50,880 nt of DNA from Candidatus Eiseniibacteriota bacterium (GTDB lineage Bacteria > Eisenbacteria > RBG-16-71-46 > DASYSL01). Location of the stretch: NCBI GenBank assembly GCA_046598045.1, contig JBKJJJ010000099.1, positions 1-50,880 on the forward strand, written 5' to 3'. The notes beneath the pieces were generated by a model. It was not told where the DNA came from. It worked only from the letters and a program-made list of their open reading frames with translations, and ran no database searches. Of this stretch, positions 27,699 to 36,971 are shown piece after piece (the stretch's first letter is position 1; every line of letters begins with the position of its first letter). Made by a program: the position numbers and the translations under genes.

Positions 27699-28702
27699 CC
27701 GGCGGTCCGATACCACTGCGCGGTCTCCTCGATGCCCGGGTCCAGATCGACGTGCGGCACGTAGCCGAGTTCGGCACGTGCCCGCGCGTCGGACACGGTC
27801 CAGCGCGGCGCGGTCCAGTCCGCCAGGCGTTCGCGGGTCAGGCGCGCGGGGCGGCCCGACAGGCGCGTATACGCCTCGGCCAGACCCACGACCGCCTTGA
27901 GCATGAACGAGGGGACGTCCAGGCGCAGCGGTTTTTTGCCGAGCGCCCGCCCGATGGCCTCGGCCATCCGGCCGGTCGTCACCGGCGGGCCGCTCGCCAG
28001 GTAGTAGCGCCCACCCGGCCGCCCCCGCTCCGCCGCGAGAACGAGCCCCCGCGCCAGGTCGCGCACATGGAGCAGGCTCAGCTCCTGACGAGAGCCTCCG
28101 GGCAAGGGGATGATTCCGCGCTGGGCGAGCTGAAACAGGAGCACAAACGCCGCATCGCGCGGCCCGTAAACCGCGGGCGGTCGCACCGTGACCAGCGTCG
28201 TCCTCGAGCCGGCCAGCGCCTGCGCGGCACGGATCTCGCCGCCCTGCTTGCTCCGGCCATACTCCCCTGCGGGCGCATCGGGGTCGTCCTCGCTGCGCGG
28301 GCGCTCGCCGGGGGTCGGCCCCCCCGCCGCCTGCGACGACACGAGGACGAAGCGCGGCACGCCGGCGCGGGCCGCGGCGTCGGCGGAGCGCCCCGCCCCG
28401 GCGGCGTTGACGCGTTCGAAGTCGCCCGGCTCCCTGGCGTTGGTGATGCCGGCGACGTGGTAGACCACGGAGCAGCCGGCCGCGGCGCGGGTCAGCGCCT
28501 CCCGGCCATCGGCGCTGTCATCGCCGACGTCCCCGAACGCGAACGTCACCCGCCCGGCATCGAGCCAGCGGCGATCGGTCGAGGGGCGGACGAGCGCGCG
28601 CACGGCCGTGCCGCGGGCGAGCAGGGCGTCGACGAGGTGCGAGCCCACGAAGCCGGCCGCGCCGGTCACGAGCGCGGGCGCGGAGTCGGGCGGCGGGCTC
28701 AA
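27686..28702 (-). CDS. NAD(P)-dependent epimerase/reductase (extended SDR); candidate ceramide / 3-keto reductase
   Basis: TGAAGFVG, VSSQAA, YGRSK, RPPAVYGPRD. TTG start overlaps the GNAT stop. Confidence 0.85.
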   Translation of the reverse strand: MSPPPDSAPALVTGAAGFVGSHLVDALLARGTAVRALVRPSTDRRWLDAGRVTFAFGDVGDDSADGREALTRAAAGCSVVYHVAGITNAREPGDFERVNAAGAGRSADAAARAGVPRFVLVSSQAAGGPTPGERPRSEDDPDAPAGEYGRSKQGGEIRAAQALAGSRTTLVTVRPPAVYGPRDAAFVLLFQLAQRGIIPLPGGSRQELSLLHVRDLARGLVLAAERGRPGGRYYLASGPPVTTGRMAEAIGRALGKKPLRLDVPSFMLKAVVGLAEAYTRLSGRPARLTRERLADWTAPRWTVSDARARAELGYVPHVDLDPGIEETAQWYRTAGWIH

Positions 28703-29835
28703 GGCGTGGCGGATCCTGCGCCGGGAACGGGGCGGTCATACACGCGGTAGGTCTTGTACGCGACCGCGCCCGTGGCCTCGAGCGGGCGGCGCATCGCGTA
28801 GTTGTCCTCGAGGATCCACGAGAACTCGCCGCGCGGGTAGCCCTGCCTGCGGCCGCGCACGAACATCTCGTAGATCAGGAGCGCGTCCACCCCCGAGGCG
28901 CGATAGCCCTTCTTGATGCCGAGCGTGAGCACGCGCGCCTGGTGGATCTTCTTCTGCCACCACAGGATCGCGAGGAAGCCGAACGGGAACAGGCTCCCGC
29001 CTGCGTGCTTGAGCGCGATGTTGAAGTCCGGCAGGCCGAGCGCGAAGCCGATCGGCTCGCCGCGGATCTCGGCGAACACGACCATCTCCGGGTCGACCAC
29101 GGGCTTGAGCTGCTTCGCCATGTGCTCGATCTCGGCCTGGGTCATGGGCACGAAGCCCCAGTTCTTCTCCCAGGCGTCGTTGTAGATCGTGCGCACCAGG
29201 CCGACGTCGCGGTCGAAGTGCTTCATGTCCATCGAGCGCGTGACGATCGACTTGCGCTTCCTGATCAGCTCGACGCCGCGCACCAGCCGCTCGGGCGGGT
29301 TGTCGTGGTCGATCCAGTAGGCGAGCAGGTCCTTCGCCTTGACGAACCCGCCCGCGTCATAGAGCCGCGCGTGGTAGGGCGGGTTGTGCGGCATCATGAT
29401 CGCGGGCGGCGTGGAGAAGCCGTCGATCAGCGATCCGCAATCGTCGTTGGTCGAGAAGTTCATCGGCCCACGCTGGGTGTCCTTGCCGCGCGCGCTCAGC
29501 CACGCCTCGGACGCGGAGAACAGCGCCTGCGCCGCCTCGGGGTCATCCTCGCACTCGAAGAACCCGAAGAACCCGACCCTGTCCTCGTGGAACTCGTTGT
29601 GCGCGCGGTTGTCGATCGCCGTGATGCGGCCGACCACGCGGCCGTCCCTGAGCGCGAGGAAGGGCTCGACCTCGGCATGCGCGAAGAACGGGTTCTGCTC
29701 GCGATTGAACAGCAGGCGGATGTCGTCCTTGAGCAGCGGCACCCACACCGGGTCGTCCCGGTAGAGGCGGTACGGCAGCTCGACGAAACGCGTGAAGTCC
29801 TGGGGCGAGTGCGCGGGGCGGATTTCGAGGGCCAT
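28699..29835 (-). CDS. GNAT-fold protein (YghO-like); candidate bacterial ceramide synthase
   Basis: LPYRLY..DP.WVP.L, GRITAI, FGFFECEDD, GPMNFSTN, MMPHNPPY, YNDAWEKNWGFVPMT, SWILEDN..M. Confidence 0.8.
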   Translation of the reverse strand: MALEIRPAHSPQDFTRFVELPYRLYRDDPVWVPLLKDDIRLLFNREQNPFFAHAEVEPFLALRDGRVVGRITAIDNRAHNEFHEDRVGFFGFFECEDDPEAAQALFSASEAWLSARGKDTQRGPMNFSTNDDCGSLIDGFSTPPAIMMPHNPPYHARLYDAGGFVKAKDLLAYWIDHDNPPERLVRGVELIRKRKSIVTRSMDMKHFDRDVGLVRTIYNDAWEKNWGFVPMTQAEIEHMAKQLKPVVDPEMVVFAEIRGEPIGFALGLPDFNIALKHAGGSLFPFGFLAILWWQKKIHQARVLTLGIKKGYRASGVDALLIYEMFVRGRRQGYPRGEFSWILEDNYAMRRPLEATGAVAYKTYRVYDRPVPGAGSATP

Positions 29836-29870
29836 GGGCGAGGTCGCGCCGCGGGTCGCGCCGCGGCGCG

Positions 29871-31079
29871 TCAGATGACTCCGAGTTCCTTGCCGACCTT
29901 GGAGAAGGTCTCGATCACGCGGTCCAGCTGCGGGCGCGTGTGGGTCGCGATCAGCGACGTGCGGATGCGGCAGGCGTTCGGCGGCACCGCCGGGGCGACC
30001 ACGCAGTTCGCGAACACGCCGTTGTCGAACAGCCCGCGCCAGAACTGGAACGTCTTCATGGCGTCGCCGATCAGCACCGGAATGATCGGCGTCTGGCTCG
30101 TCGCCGTGTCGTAGCCGAGCGATTTGAACCCCGCGCGGAGATAATCGGCGTTGGCCAGCAGGTTCTGCCGCCGCTCGGGCTCGGTCCGGATCACGTCGAG
30201 CGCGGCGCGCACGGTCGCAACCGCGTAGGCCGGCATCGCGGCCGAGAAGATGAGCGAACGCGCGTGGTGCTTGAGGTAGTGGATCACGTCCTTCTCGGCC
30301 GCGACGAACCCGCCGATGGAGGCGAATGACTTGGAGAACGTGCCCATCACCAGGTCGACGTCCGCCTGCACGCCGTGGTGGTCCGCCGCGCCGGCGCCGG
30401 TGGGGCCGATCACGCCCAGCGAATGCGCCTCGTCGACGAACAGCCGCGCGCCGTGCTTCTTCGCGACCTTGATCAGCTCCGGCAAGGGGGCGATGTCGCC
30501 TTCCATCGAGAACACGCCGTCGACCGCGATCAGGGTCCCGCCCTTCTTGCCGGACAGGTGCTCGAGTTCCTGGTCGAGATCCGCGTAGTCGTTGTGGCGG
30601 AAACGCACGGTCTCGCCGGCCGACATCGTGCAGCCGTCGATGATCGAGGCGTGATCGAGCTTGTCGATCAGGACCGTGTCCTCGCGGCCGACCAGCGCCT
30701 GGATGATGCCGAGGTTGGTCTGGTAGCCGGTCGACATGACGAGCGCGGCCTCGTGGCCGGTGAAGTCGGCGAGCTCCGCCTCGAGCTTCTCGTGGATGTC
30801 GAGCGTACCGTTGAGGAAGCGGCTGCCGGTGCACCCGGTGCCGTACTTGCGCGAGGCCTTCTCCGCCGCCTCGAGCACCTTCGGATGGTGGGTCAGGCCG
30901 AGGTAGTTGTTCGAGCCCACCATGATCAGGCTCTTGCCACCGATCTCGACCTCGGTGTCCTCGGAACCCTGGATCGGGATGAAGTAGGGGTACAGCCCGG
31001 CGGCCTCGAGGTCCTTGGCGCGCCGGAAATTCCGGGCCTTGGCGAAGAGGTCGACGCGCTTGGTCTCGAGTGCCTTCAT
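29871..31079 (-). CDS. spt: serine palmitoyltransferase (PLP-dependent alpha-oxoamine synthase)
   Basis: LYPYF...DTEV, GSNNYLGLT, YGTGCTGSRFLNGT, HASIIDG, DEAHS, GTFSKS (PLP Lys), IFSA; gene context supports the call. Confidence 0.8.
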   Translation of the reverse strand: MKALETKRVDLFAKARNFRRAKDLEAAGLYPYFIPIQGSEDTEVEIGGKSLIMVGSNNYLGLTHHPKVLEAAEKASRKYGTGCTGSRFLNGTLDIHEKLEAELADFTGHEAALVMSTGYQTNLGIIQALVGREDTVLIDKLDHASIIDGCTMSAGETVRFRHNDYADLDQELEHLSGKKGGTLIAVDGVFSMEGDIAPLPELIKVAKKHGARLFVDEAHSLGVIGPTGAGAADHHGVQADVDLVMGTFSKSFASIGGFVAAEKDVIHYLKHHARSLIFSAAMPAYAVATVRAALDVIRTEPERRQNLLANADYLRAGFKSLGYDTATSQTPIIPVLIGDAMKTFQFWRGLFDNGVFANCVVAPAVPPNACRIRTSLIATHTRPQLDRVIETFSKVGKELGVI

Positions 31080-31202
31080 GGCTGCCTTTGACGAAAACGG
31101 GGGTCCGGACCCCATCCGCGCGGGGGCCGTCCTCCTGGAAATGGCGGGATCAGGACCCCGGGGGCGCATCCCCTTCCAGCCGGGTCCGACACAGGCCTTG
31201 AG

Positions 31203-31231
31203 AGCCTATGCGGACCGGGGGGCCTTGTCAA
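31203..31231 (-). promoter_or_regulatory. sigma70 promoter of the spt operon
   Basis: TTGACA-17 nt-TAGGCT on the minus strand. Confidence 0.75.
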
Positions 31232-31287
31232 CCCTCGGGGCCGGGGTCGTCGGTCCAGCTTAAACGTCTGCGCCACAATCGTTTGAG

Positions 31288-31929
31288 CTATTTTCCGGAC
31301 GGCTTCGCCGCGGTCGGGGCGGGGCTGGCCGGGGACGCGGGCTGGGCCTGCACGCTGGTGGTCGTGATCTTGACCGGGCTGCCATTCGGAGTGGTCACGA
31401 TCACCTGCGGAGCGGCCACCGGTGCGTCCGGGTCGGCCGGGGGCGCGCCCATGTGCCAGTGCATGTGCCCGGGCCGCGGGTCGTAGTAGCGGTTGCGGGC
31501 GATGTCGTATTCCCAAGGTTTCGGGTGCTCCCCGGGGGCCACGTCGCCGCTGTTCGGCGGTTTGAACGTGAGCGCGTCCGGGTCCCGCAGCGGCGGTCCG
31601 GCCACGCCGTTCGGGTTGACGACCCCGGTCGACGCCGCGCCGTTCGCGCCCGCGGTGCCGACCACCCCGGCCGAGCCGGGGGCGGCTTCGAGCTCGCGGC
31701 GCGCCACGCTGTCGGCGGCTGCCGCGGTCGCGGCTTTGGACGCGGCCCTCTGGCTCGCGACCTTCGCCATCAGGCGCGGGACGAGCAGGGTCCCCGCCAC
31801 GGCGACAACCACCACGGCCACCCCGATCGCGAGCAGGTTTCGCCGCCGGGCGGCGTCGATCGGCTGGTGGCAGTGCTTGTAGCGCTTGCCGCTGCCGCAG
31901 GGGCACGAGTCCTTGGAATGGGTCGCCAT
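31288..31929 (-). CDS. SEC-C motif membrane-anchored protein
   Basis: N-terminal CPCGSGKRYKHCH, one TM segment, low-complexity linker, WEYD...YYDP..GHMHWH. Confidence 0.8.
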   Translation of the reverse strand: MATHSKDSCPCGSGKRYKHCHQPIDAARRRNLLAIGVAVVVVAVAGTLLVPRLMAKVASQRAASKAATAAAADSVARRELEAAPGSAGVVGTAGANGAASTGVVNPNGVAGPPLRDPDALTFKPPNSGDVAPGEHPKPWEYDIARNRYYDPRPGHMHWHMGAPPADPDAPVAAPQVIVTTPNGSPVKITTTSVQAQPASPASPAPTAAKPSGK

Positions 31930-32001
31930 GGGTCCCTGAGGATACAACGCGTCGGTCCACGGGCCTTGCAAACTTTCCCGGGACCGCTATCGTCCGCGCC
32001 C

Positions 32002-32979
32002 ATGCTCAAAGGCGCCGCCCTCGTCCTGCCGCTCACGCTGCTCGCCTGGTTCCTGGCCCCCCTGCCGGGCCTCAAGATCCTCGGGCCCCTCGGCCTCGCG
32101 CTGCTCCTGGCCGCGCTCACCCGCGCCGCGATCGGCCTGCCCGCCGGCTCCGAGGCCGGGGTGCGCTTCTTCGCGCGGCCCCTGCTGCGCGCGGCGATCG
32201 TGATCATGGGGGTGCGCCTCGACTTCCAGAAGCTGGTCGAGGCCGGGCCGCGCGTGCTGGCGGTGGACGTGCTCGTGGTGTTCCTCGGCGCCACGTTCGT
32301 GGCTTGGCTCGGGGCGCGCCTCGGGGTTCGTCGCCCGCTTGCGCTCCTGCTCGGGGTGGGCTCGTCGGTCTGCGGCGCATCCGCGATCGCCGCCGCCGGG
32401 CCCTTGGTGCGCGCCGAGGAGGACGACGTCGCGGTCTCGATCGGCCTCGTCTCCCTGCTGGGCACGATCGGGGTGGTCTCCTATCCCGCGCTCGGCCGGC
32501 TGCTCCAACTGACCGACGGCGGCTACGCACTCCTGTGCGGCGCGACGCTGCACGAGGTGCCGCAAGTGCTCGCCGCGGCGTTCGCCCGCGGCCAGGCTGC
32601 CGGCGATTTCGGCACGCTGGTCAAGCTCACGCGGGTCGCGCTGCTGGCGCCGCTCGCGCTCGGGCTCTCCGCGATCGAGGCCACGCGCGGCGGCGAGCGC
32701 GTGTCCTGGCGCAAGCTGCCGGTGCCGTGGTTCGTGGTCGGGTTCGTCGCGGTGGGGGCGCTGCGCTCGCTCGGGGTGATTCCGGTTTCAGTCGTGCCCG
32801 CGCTCGAGCAACTCTCGAAGATCCTGCTGGTCGCCGCGATGGCGGCGGTCGGCCTCGGCGTGCACGCCGCGGCCGTCAAGCGGCTCGGCTGGCCGCCGAT
32901 CGCGCTCGCGGTGCTGGGGTGGCTGTTCGTGATCGGGGTCGCCGGCGTGGCGTCGACGGCGCTCGGGCTGCTCGGCTAG
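32002..32979 (+). CDS. YeiH / UPF0324 family membrane protein (putative sulfate exporter)
   Basis: LLRAAIVIMG.RL, GSSVCGASAIAA, GATLHEVPQV, VKLTRV.LL.P, VPWFV.GF. Confidence 0.9.
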   Translation: MLKGAALVLPLTLLAWFLAPLPGLKILGPLGLALLLAALTRAAIGLPAGSEAGVRFFARPLLRAAIVIMGVRLDFQKLVEAGPRVLAVDVLVVFLGATFVAWLGARLGVRRPLALLLGVGSSVCGASAIAAAGPLVRAEEDDVAVSIGLVSLLGTIGVVSYPALGRLLQLTDGGYALLCGATLHEVPQVLAAAFARGQAAGDFGTLVKLTRVALLAPLALGLSAIEATRGGERVSWRKLPVPWFVVGFVAVGALRSLGVIPVSVVPALEQLSKILLVAAMAAVGLGVHAAAVKRLGWPPIALAVLGWLFVIGVAGVASTALGLLG

Positions 32980-32983
32980 GGCA

Positions 32984-33565
32984 TCACTGGTCGAGGCTGA
33001 ACAGGATCCGCCACTTGCCCCCGGTCTTGACCATGCGCTGCGCGGTGATCTGCTCGTAGGGCATGCCGCCCGGCTCGCTCGGCGGCAGCGTCACCTGGTA
33101 GGCGACATGCGCCTTGTCGCCCATCTGCCGCGCGGCGAGCACGTCGATCGTGGCCTTCGACAGCACCTCGGATGCGGTCGGGTTGAGCACCATCATGTAC
33201 GCCATCAGCGACTCGAACAGCTTGCCGTTGCTGCGCGCCGCGATCGAGTCCCGGGTCGACACACCGAAGATCTTCGTCATCGCGCCGGCGTGGTGCGTGC
33301 TGTCGGAGGCGATGGTCGCGACCATCGGGTCGACCGCCGCGAGCAGCGACGCGCGGTCGATCAGCTCCCCTGCCTTGGCGTAGTCCTTCTTCTGCAGCGC
33401 CACCAGGTAGTCCGACAGGGTCTTGCGGATCGCTGCGTCGTCCTTCTTCGAGAGCTCCGTGCCCTCGGTGGGCTGGATCTTGATCGTCGCCTCGTCCGCG
33501 CGCACCGGGGCGGCGGCGAAGAGGACGGAAGTGGCGAGTACGAACGCCGCGGTGGAAACACGCAA
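32984..33565 (-). CDS. hypothetical exported protein (possibly NTF2-like)
   Basis: GGGAGG RBS with a TTG start; signal peptide ending APVRA; C-terminal MVKTGGKWRI. Confidence 0.7.
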   Translation of the reverse strand: MRVSTAAFVLATSVLFAAAPVRADEATIKIQPTEGTELSKKDDAAIRKTLSDYLVALQKKDYAKAGELIDRASLLAAVDPMVATIASDSTHHAGAMTKIFGVSTRDSIAARSNGKLFESLMAYMMVLNPTASEVLSKATIDVLAARQMGDKAHVAYQVTLPPSEPGGMPYEQITAQRMVKTGGKWRILFSLDQ

Positions 33566-33597
33566 CGGGACCTCCCGGGTGCCGGCGGGTGTGCGGG

Positions 33598-35193
33598 TCA
33601 GACGATGCGGAACGATTCGACGAGCGTGCAGCGGCGCTTGCGCGTGAACGTGCGCGCGGTGGTCATGCCCTCGCCGGTCGGGCTCGCGATCGTGAAGCTG
33701 GTCGGCCCTTCGCCGCCAAAGCCGAGCCCGTTGTAATGGGGCCCGTTCTTGACGAAGATCGAGCAGTCCATCATGCGCGCCATCTTCGACAGGCGGTCGA
33801 TGTTGCGCGAGTGGATGCTCGCGGTGTGGCGGAATCCGTGCTCGGCGAGCACGGCCCAGTCCATGCCCTCGTCCGCGCTCTTGACGCGCGCAACCGGGAG
33901 CACCGGCATGAGCAACTCGGTCCACACGAACGGGTGGTCGGGCGGCGTCTCGGCGACGACCAGCCGCACCTCGGGTCCGACCGACACACCGATCTCCTTG
34001 AGGATCAGCGCCGCGTCCTTGCCCACGAACTTCTTGTTGGTCACCGAGTGCCGGCGCGGCCCCCGGTTCTCGCTCAACACGGCGCGCTCGAGCTGCTGGA
34101 GCTGGAACGGCTGGAGCACGTACGCGCCGCTGCGCGCCATCGCGGTCAAGAGGGCATCGGCCACCTTGTCGACGACGAACACCTCTTTCTCGTCGGTGCA
34201 GATCACGTTGTTGTCGAACGACGCGCCCGCCACGATCGAGCGCCCGGCGCGCGCGATGTCGGCGGTCTCGTCCACGACCACGGGCGGATTGCCGGGCCCG
34301 CCGGCGATGACCTTCTTCTTCGAGGCGAGCGCGGCCTGCACGACGCCCGGGCCGCCGGTGACGACCAGGATGCGCGTCTTGGGGTGCGCCATCATGGCCT
34401 GCGCCGATTCGATCGTCGGCTCGGCGACGGTTGTGATCACGCAGTCCGGGCCGCCCGCCTCGACCATCGCCTCGTTGAACAGCGCGATCGTGAGCTGGCA
34501 GGTCTTCTTCGCCGATGGGTGAGCGGCAAACACGACCGAGTTCGCGCCCGCGACCATCGAGATGCCGTTGTTGATCACGGTCTCACTCGGGTTGGTCGAC
34601 GGGCCGGCCGCTCCGATGATGCCGTAAGGCGCCCACTCGACGAGCGTGAGCCCATGGTCGCCGGTCCACACGAACGGCTCCAGGTCCTCGAGGCCGGGCG
34701 TCTGGTTGATGACCAGCAGGTTCTTCTTGATCTTGTCGTCGACGCGGCCGAGGCCGGTCTCGCTCACCGCGAGTTCCGCCAGCAGGCGCACGTTCGCACG
34801 CAGCTTCGCGCGCACGTGCTCGAGGCAGCGCGCGCGCAGCGCGAGCGGCATCGCGACCAGCGCCGCGTGCGCCTCCCCCGCCGCCTCGACCGCGGCGTCG
34901 AGCGTCGAGAACACGCCGCGCGGCTTGTCGGGGCCGAGGTTCGCGCGCTGCTCGGGATCGGGCAGCGGCGAGTAGGCCTCGCCCTCGGCGTGCGCCCCCC
35001 CGCCGGCGGCCGCCGGTCCCATCGCCTGCCCGCGGTAGCCATCGAGCGGCGCGCGGCTGCCGTACGAGCGGCCGACGGCGCGGCCCGAGCCGGGCACCTG
35101 GGAGAGCGCGGGCGAGCCGCCGCCCTGCTGGGTCGCCAGCTGGGCGGTCACGCGCTCGACGATCGCGCGCACCTGGTCGGGAGTGAGGTCCAT
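33598..35193 (-). CDS. eutE: CoA-acylating aldehyde dehydrogenase, EutE/PduP family, with an N-terminal encapsulation peptide
   Basis: TGDHGLTLVE..PYG, PSTNPSET, VTGGPGVV, GPGNPPVVVDETAD, FDNNVICTDEK (catalytic Cys), TIASPTGEG.T..RTF.R.RRC. Confidence 0.92.
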   Translation of the reverse strand: MDLTPDQVRAIVERVTAQLATQQGGGSPALSQVPGSGRAVGRSYGSRAPLDGYRGQAMGPAAAGGGAHAEGEAYSPLPDPEQRANLGPDKPRGVFSTLDAAVEAAGEAHAALVAMPLALRARCLEHVRAKLRANVRLLAELAVSETGLGRVDDKIKKNLLVINQTPGLEDLEPFVWTGDHGLTLVEWAPYGIIGAAGPSTNPSETVINNGISMVAGANSVVFAAHPSAKKTCQLTIALFNEAMVEAGGPDCVITTVAEPTIESAQAMMAHPKTRILVVTGGPGVVQAALASKKKVIAGGPGNPPVVVDETADIARAGRSIVAGASFDNNVICTDEKEVFVVDKVADALLTAMARSGAYVLQPFQLQQLERAVLSENRGPRRHSVTNKKFVGKDAALILKEIGVSVGPEVRLVVAETPPDHPFVWTELLMPVLPVARVKSADEGMDWAVLAEHGFRHTASIHSRNIDRLSKMARMMDCSIFVKNGPHYNGLGFGGEGPTSFTIASPTGEGMTTARTFTRKRRCTLVESFRIV

Positions 35194-35301
35194 GGGACCG
35201 AGAGCCTAGCCGTGCGAGCCGGGGGCCGCAAGGGCCACGTCCGTGCGTGCGCGGGCCGGGTTGTGGCACCATGCGCGGGGCACGCGGGGAGGAGCGGACA
35301 C

Positions 35302-35808
35302 GTGGACAAGTACGACGACGCCAGCTGGCACTATGACGCGGACAATTTTCCCAAGGACCTTCCGTCCGAAGCGGGTGGAACGCACATCGGCATGTTCATG
35401 GCCTGGATGATCCTGCGGGATCGCATCGGGGACTCGCTTCGGACGGACTCCGAGACCGGATTACTCGCGGTCCGCCGCCGCCAGAAGACCGGTCGCGAGT
35501 TTCTCTTCGAGGAGTGCGACGAACAGCTGCTTCCCGAAGACCTGGACGACCAGGCCAACACGTTCGCCCGCGTCTACTACCAGGACGGGAACGGGAACAT
35601 TCGCGCCGACGGCTATCTCGGCGATTACGAACGCGTGCTCGGCGGGGACCTGCCCGACCTCTATCGGGTTGCGGATACGTGGGAGAACTTCGACCGGCTG
35701 GCGCCGGTGATCGACCGCCGCTTCGAGGAGTGGAAGAAGCGGCGCGGGATCTTCGCGCCGCCGGGAGGCGGCAACAACTTCTGGCGGATCATCGGTGGCG
35801 GGCCCTGA
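35302..35808 (+). CDS. conserved hypothetical protein
   Basis: GGAGGAG RBS with GTG start; KYDDASWHY...THIGMF.AW...Y.V.DTWENFD. Confidence 0.75.
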   Translation: MDKYDDASWHYDADNFPKDLPSEAGGTHIGMFMAWMILRDRIGDSLRTDSETGLLAVRRRQKTGREFLFEECDEQLLPEDLDDQANTFARVYYQDGNGNIRADGYLGDYERVLGGDLPDLYRVADTWENFDRLAPVIDRRFEEWKKRRGIFAPPGGGNNFWRIIGGGP

Positions 35809-35811
35809 CGC

Positions 35812-36204
35812 CTAGACATCCTGCGGCGCGCCGGCGCGGCGCTGCGCCACGTGCCAGAGCACGCCGCTCGGATCGTACACGTACACGGTGCGCAATCCCC
35901 ACGGCTGCATCACGGGCGGCTTCGGCGGCTGGACCCCGAAGTTCGCCGGCAGGTCGAGCGCGGTGATGTGCTTCCACCACGCGTCGAGGTCGTCGACCAT
36001 GAGCTGCATCATCGTGTTCTCGGCCCACGCCTTCTCGTAGCCGCGCTGGATGATGAATCCGCCGGATCCGGCATTGAAGATCGCAACCTCGCCGTCGAGG
36101 ACCTTGGTGAATCCGAGCGCCTCGTAGAAGCGCTTCGAGAGCTCGTAATCGCGCGCGGGCAGGAACGGTCGCGCCAGCTCGGTACCGGCCGGAATCGAAG
36201 CCAT
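35812..36204 (-). CDS. VOC / glyoxalase family protein
   Basis: PFLPARDYELSKRFYEALGF, VDDLDAW, QPWG.R...DPSGVLW. Confidence 0.9.
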   Translation of the reverse strand: MASIPAGTELARPFLPARDYELSKRFYEALGFTKVLDGEVAIFNAGSGGFIIQRGYEKAWAENTMMQLMVDDLDAWWKHITALDLPANFGVQPPKPPVMQPWGLRTVYVYDPSGVLWHVAQRRAGAPQDV

Positions 36205-36971
36205 CACTCCTCCAGCAGTTGTTTGAGCCGCGGCAAGGCGCGCAGCATCGCGGCCTCGCCCTCGGCGACCATGGTCGGCGCGCGCGCGAGGTCGGACGGC
36301 GAGCGCGGCCCGACCAGCGGCGCGAGGCAGATGTCGCACGCCTGCGCGCCGGTCTCGGTCGAAGCCTTGGACATGAGGTCCATCGTCCCGAGTGCGATGT
36401 CGAAGAAATTGTCGTAGCGCCGCTTCTCGTCGAACACCGAGAGCACACTCACCCCCAGCACGATGTCGGCCCCCATCGCGCGCGCGAGATCGGCGGGCAG
36501 GTTGTTGGTCAGCCCCCCGTCGACCAGCACCATCTCCCCCAGCCGCACCGGCGAGAACACGATCGGGATCGCCGCGCTCGCCGCCACCGCCGGCGCGACG
36601 CGTCCGCTCTTGAACACCACCGGCCGCGCGGTGCGAAAGTCGGTGGCCACGACCTGGAGCGGGATCTTGAGCTCGTCGAAGTGCACGTCGCCCAGCAGCT
36701 CGGTCAGGAAGCGCTCGAGTTCCCCGGAGTGGAAGAACCCCATCTTCGGGATCCCGAGCATGCGCAGCGACCGCCAGCGCAGGCGCTGCGCGAACTCGAG
36801 CTGCTGCTTGGGCCCGATCCCGGCGGCGTGGAACGCGCCCACGATCGCGCCGCTGGAGGTGCCGGCGATGCAGTGGATCGGGATCGCATGATGCTCGAGC
36901 ACGCGCAGCACGCCGGTGTGCGCCGCGCCGCGCGCACCACCGCCGGAGAGCGCGATGCCGAGGCGCCTCAC
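36204..36971 (-). CDS. patatin-like phospholipase
   Basis: LSGGGARG, GTSSG (GxSxG), LVDGG. Confidence 0.92.
   Translation of the reverse strand: MRRLGIALSGGGARGAAHTGVLRVLEHHAIPIHCIAGTSSGAIVGAFHAAGIGPKQQLEFAQRLRWRSLRMLGIPKMGFFHSGELERFLTELLGDVHFDELKIPLQVVATDFRTARPVVFKSGRVAPAVAASAAIPIVFSPVRLGEMVLVDGGLTNNLPADLARAMGADIVLGVSVLSVFDEKRRYDNFFDIALGTMDLMSKASTETGAQACDICLAPLVGPRSPSDLARAPTMVAEGEAAMLRALPRLKQLLEE

Noticed and set aside
29871..31079. BioF or Kbl annotation for the PLP enzyme
   Set aside because: No bio or tdh genes are nearby; the motifs and the GNAT/SDR/PAP2 context favour Spt, although this is not proven.
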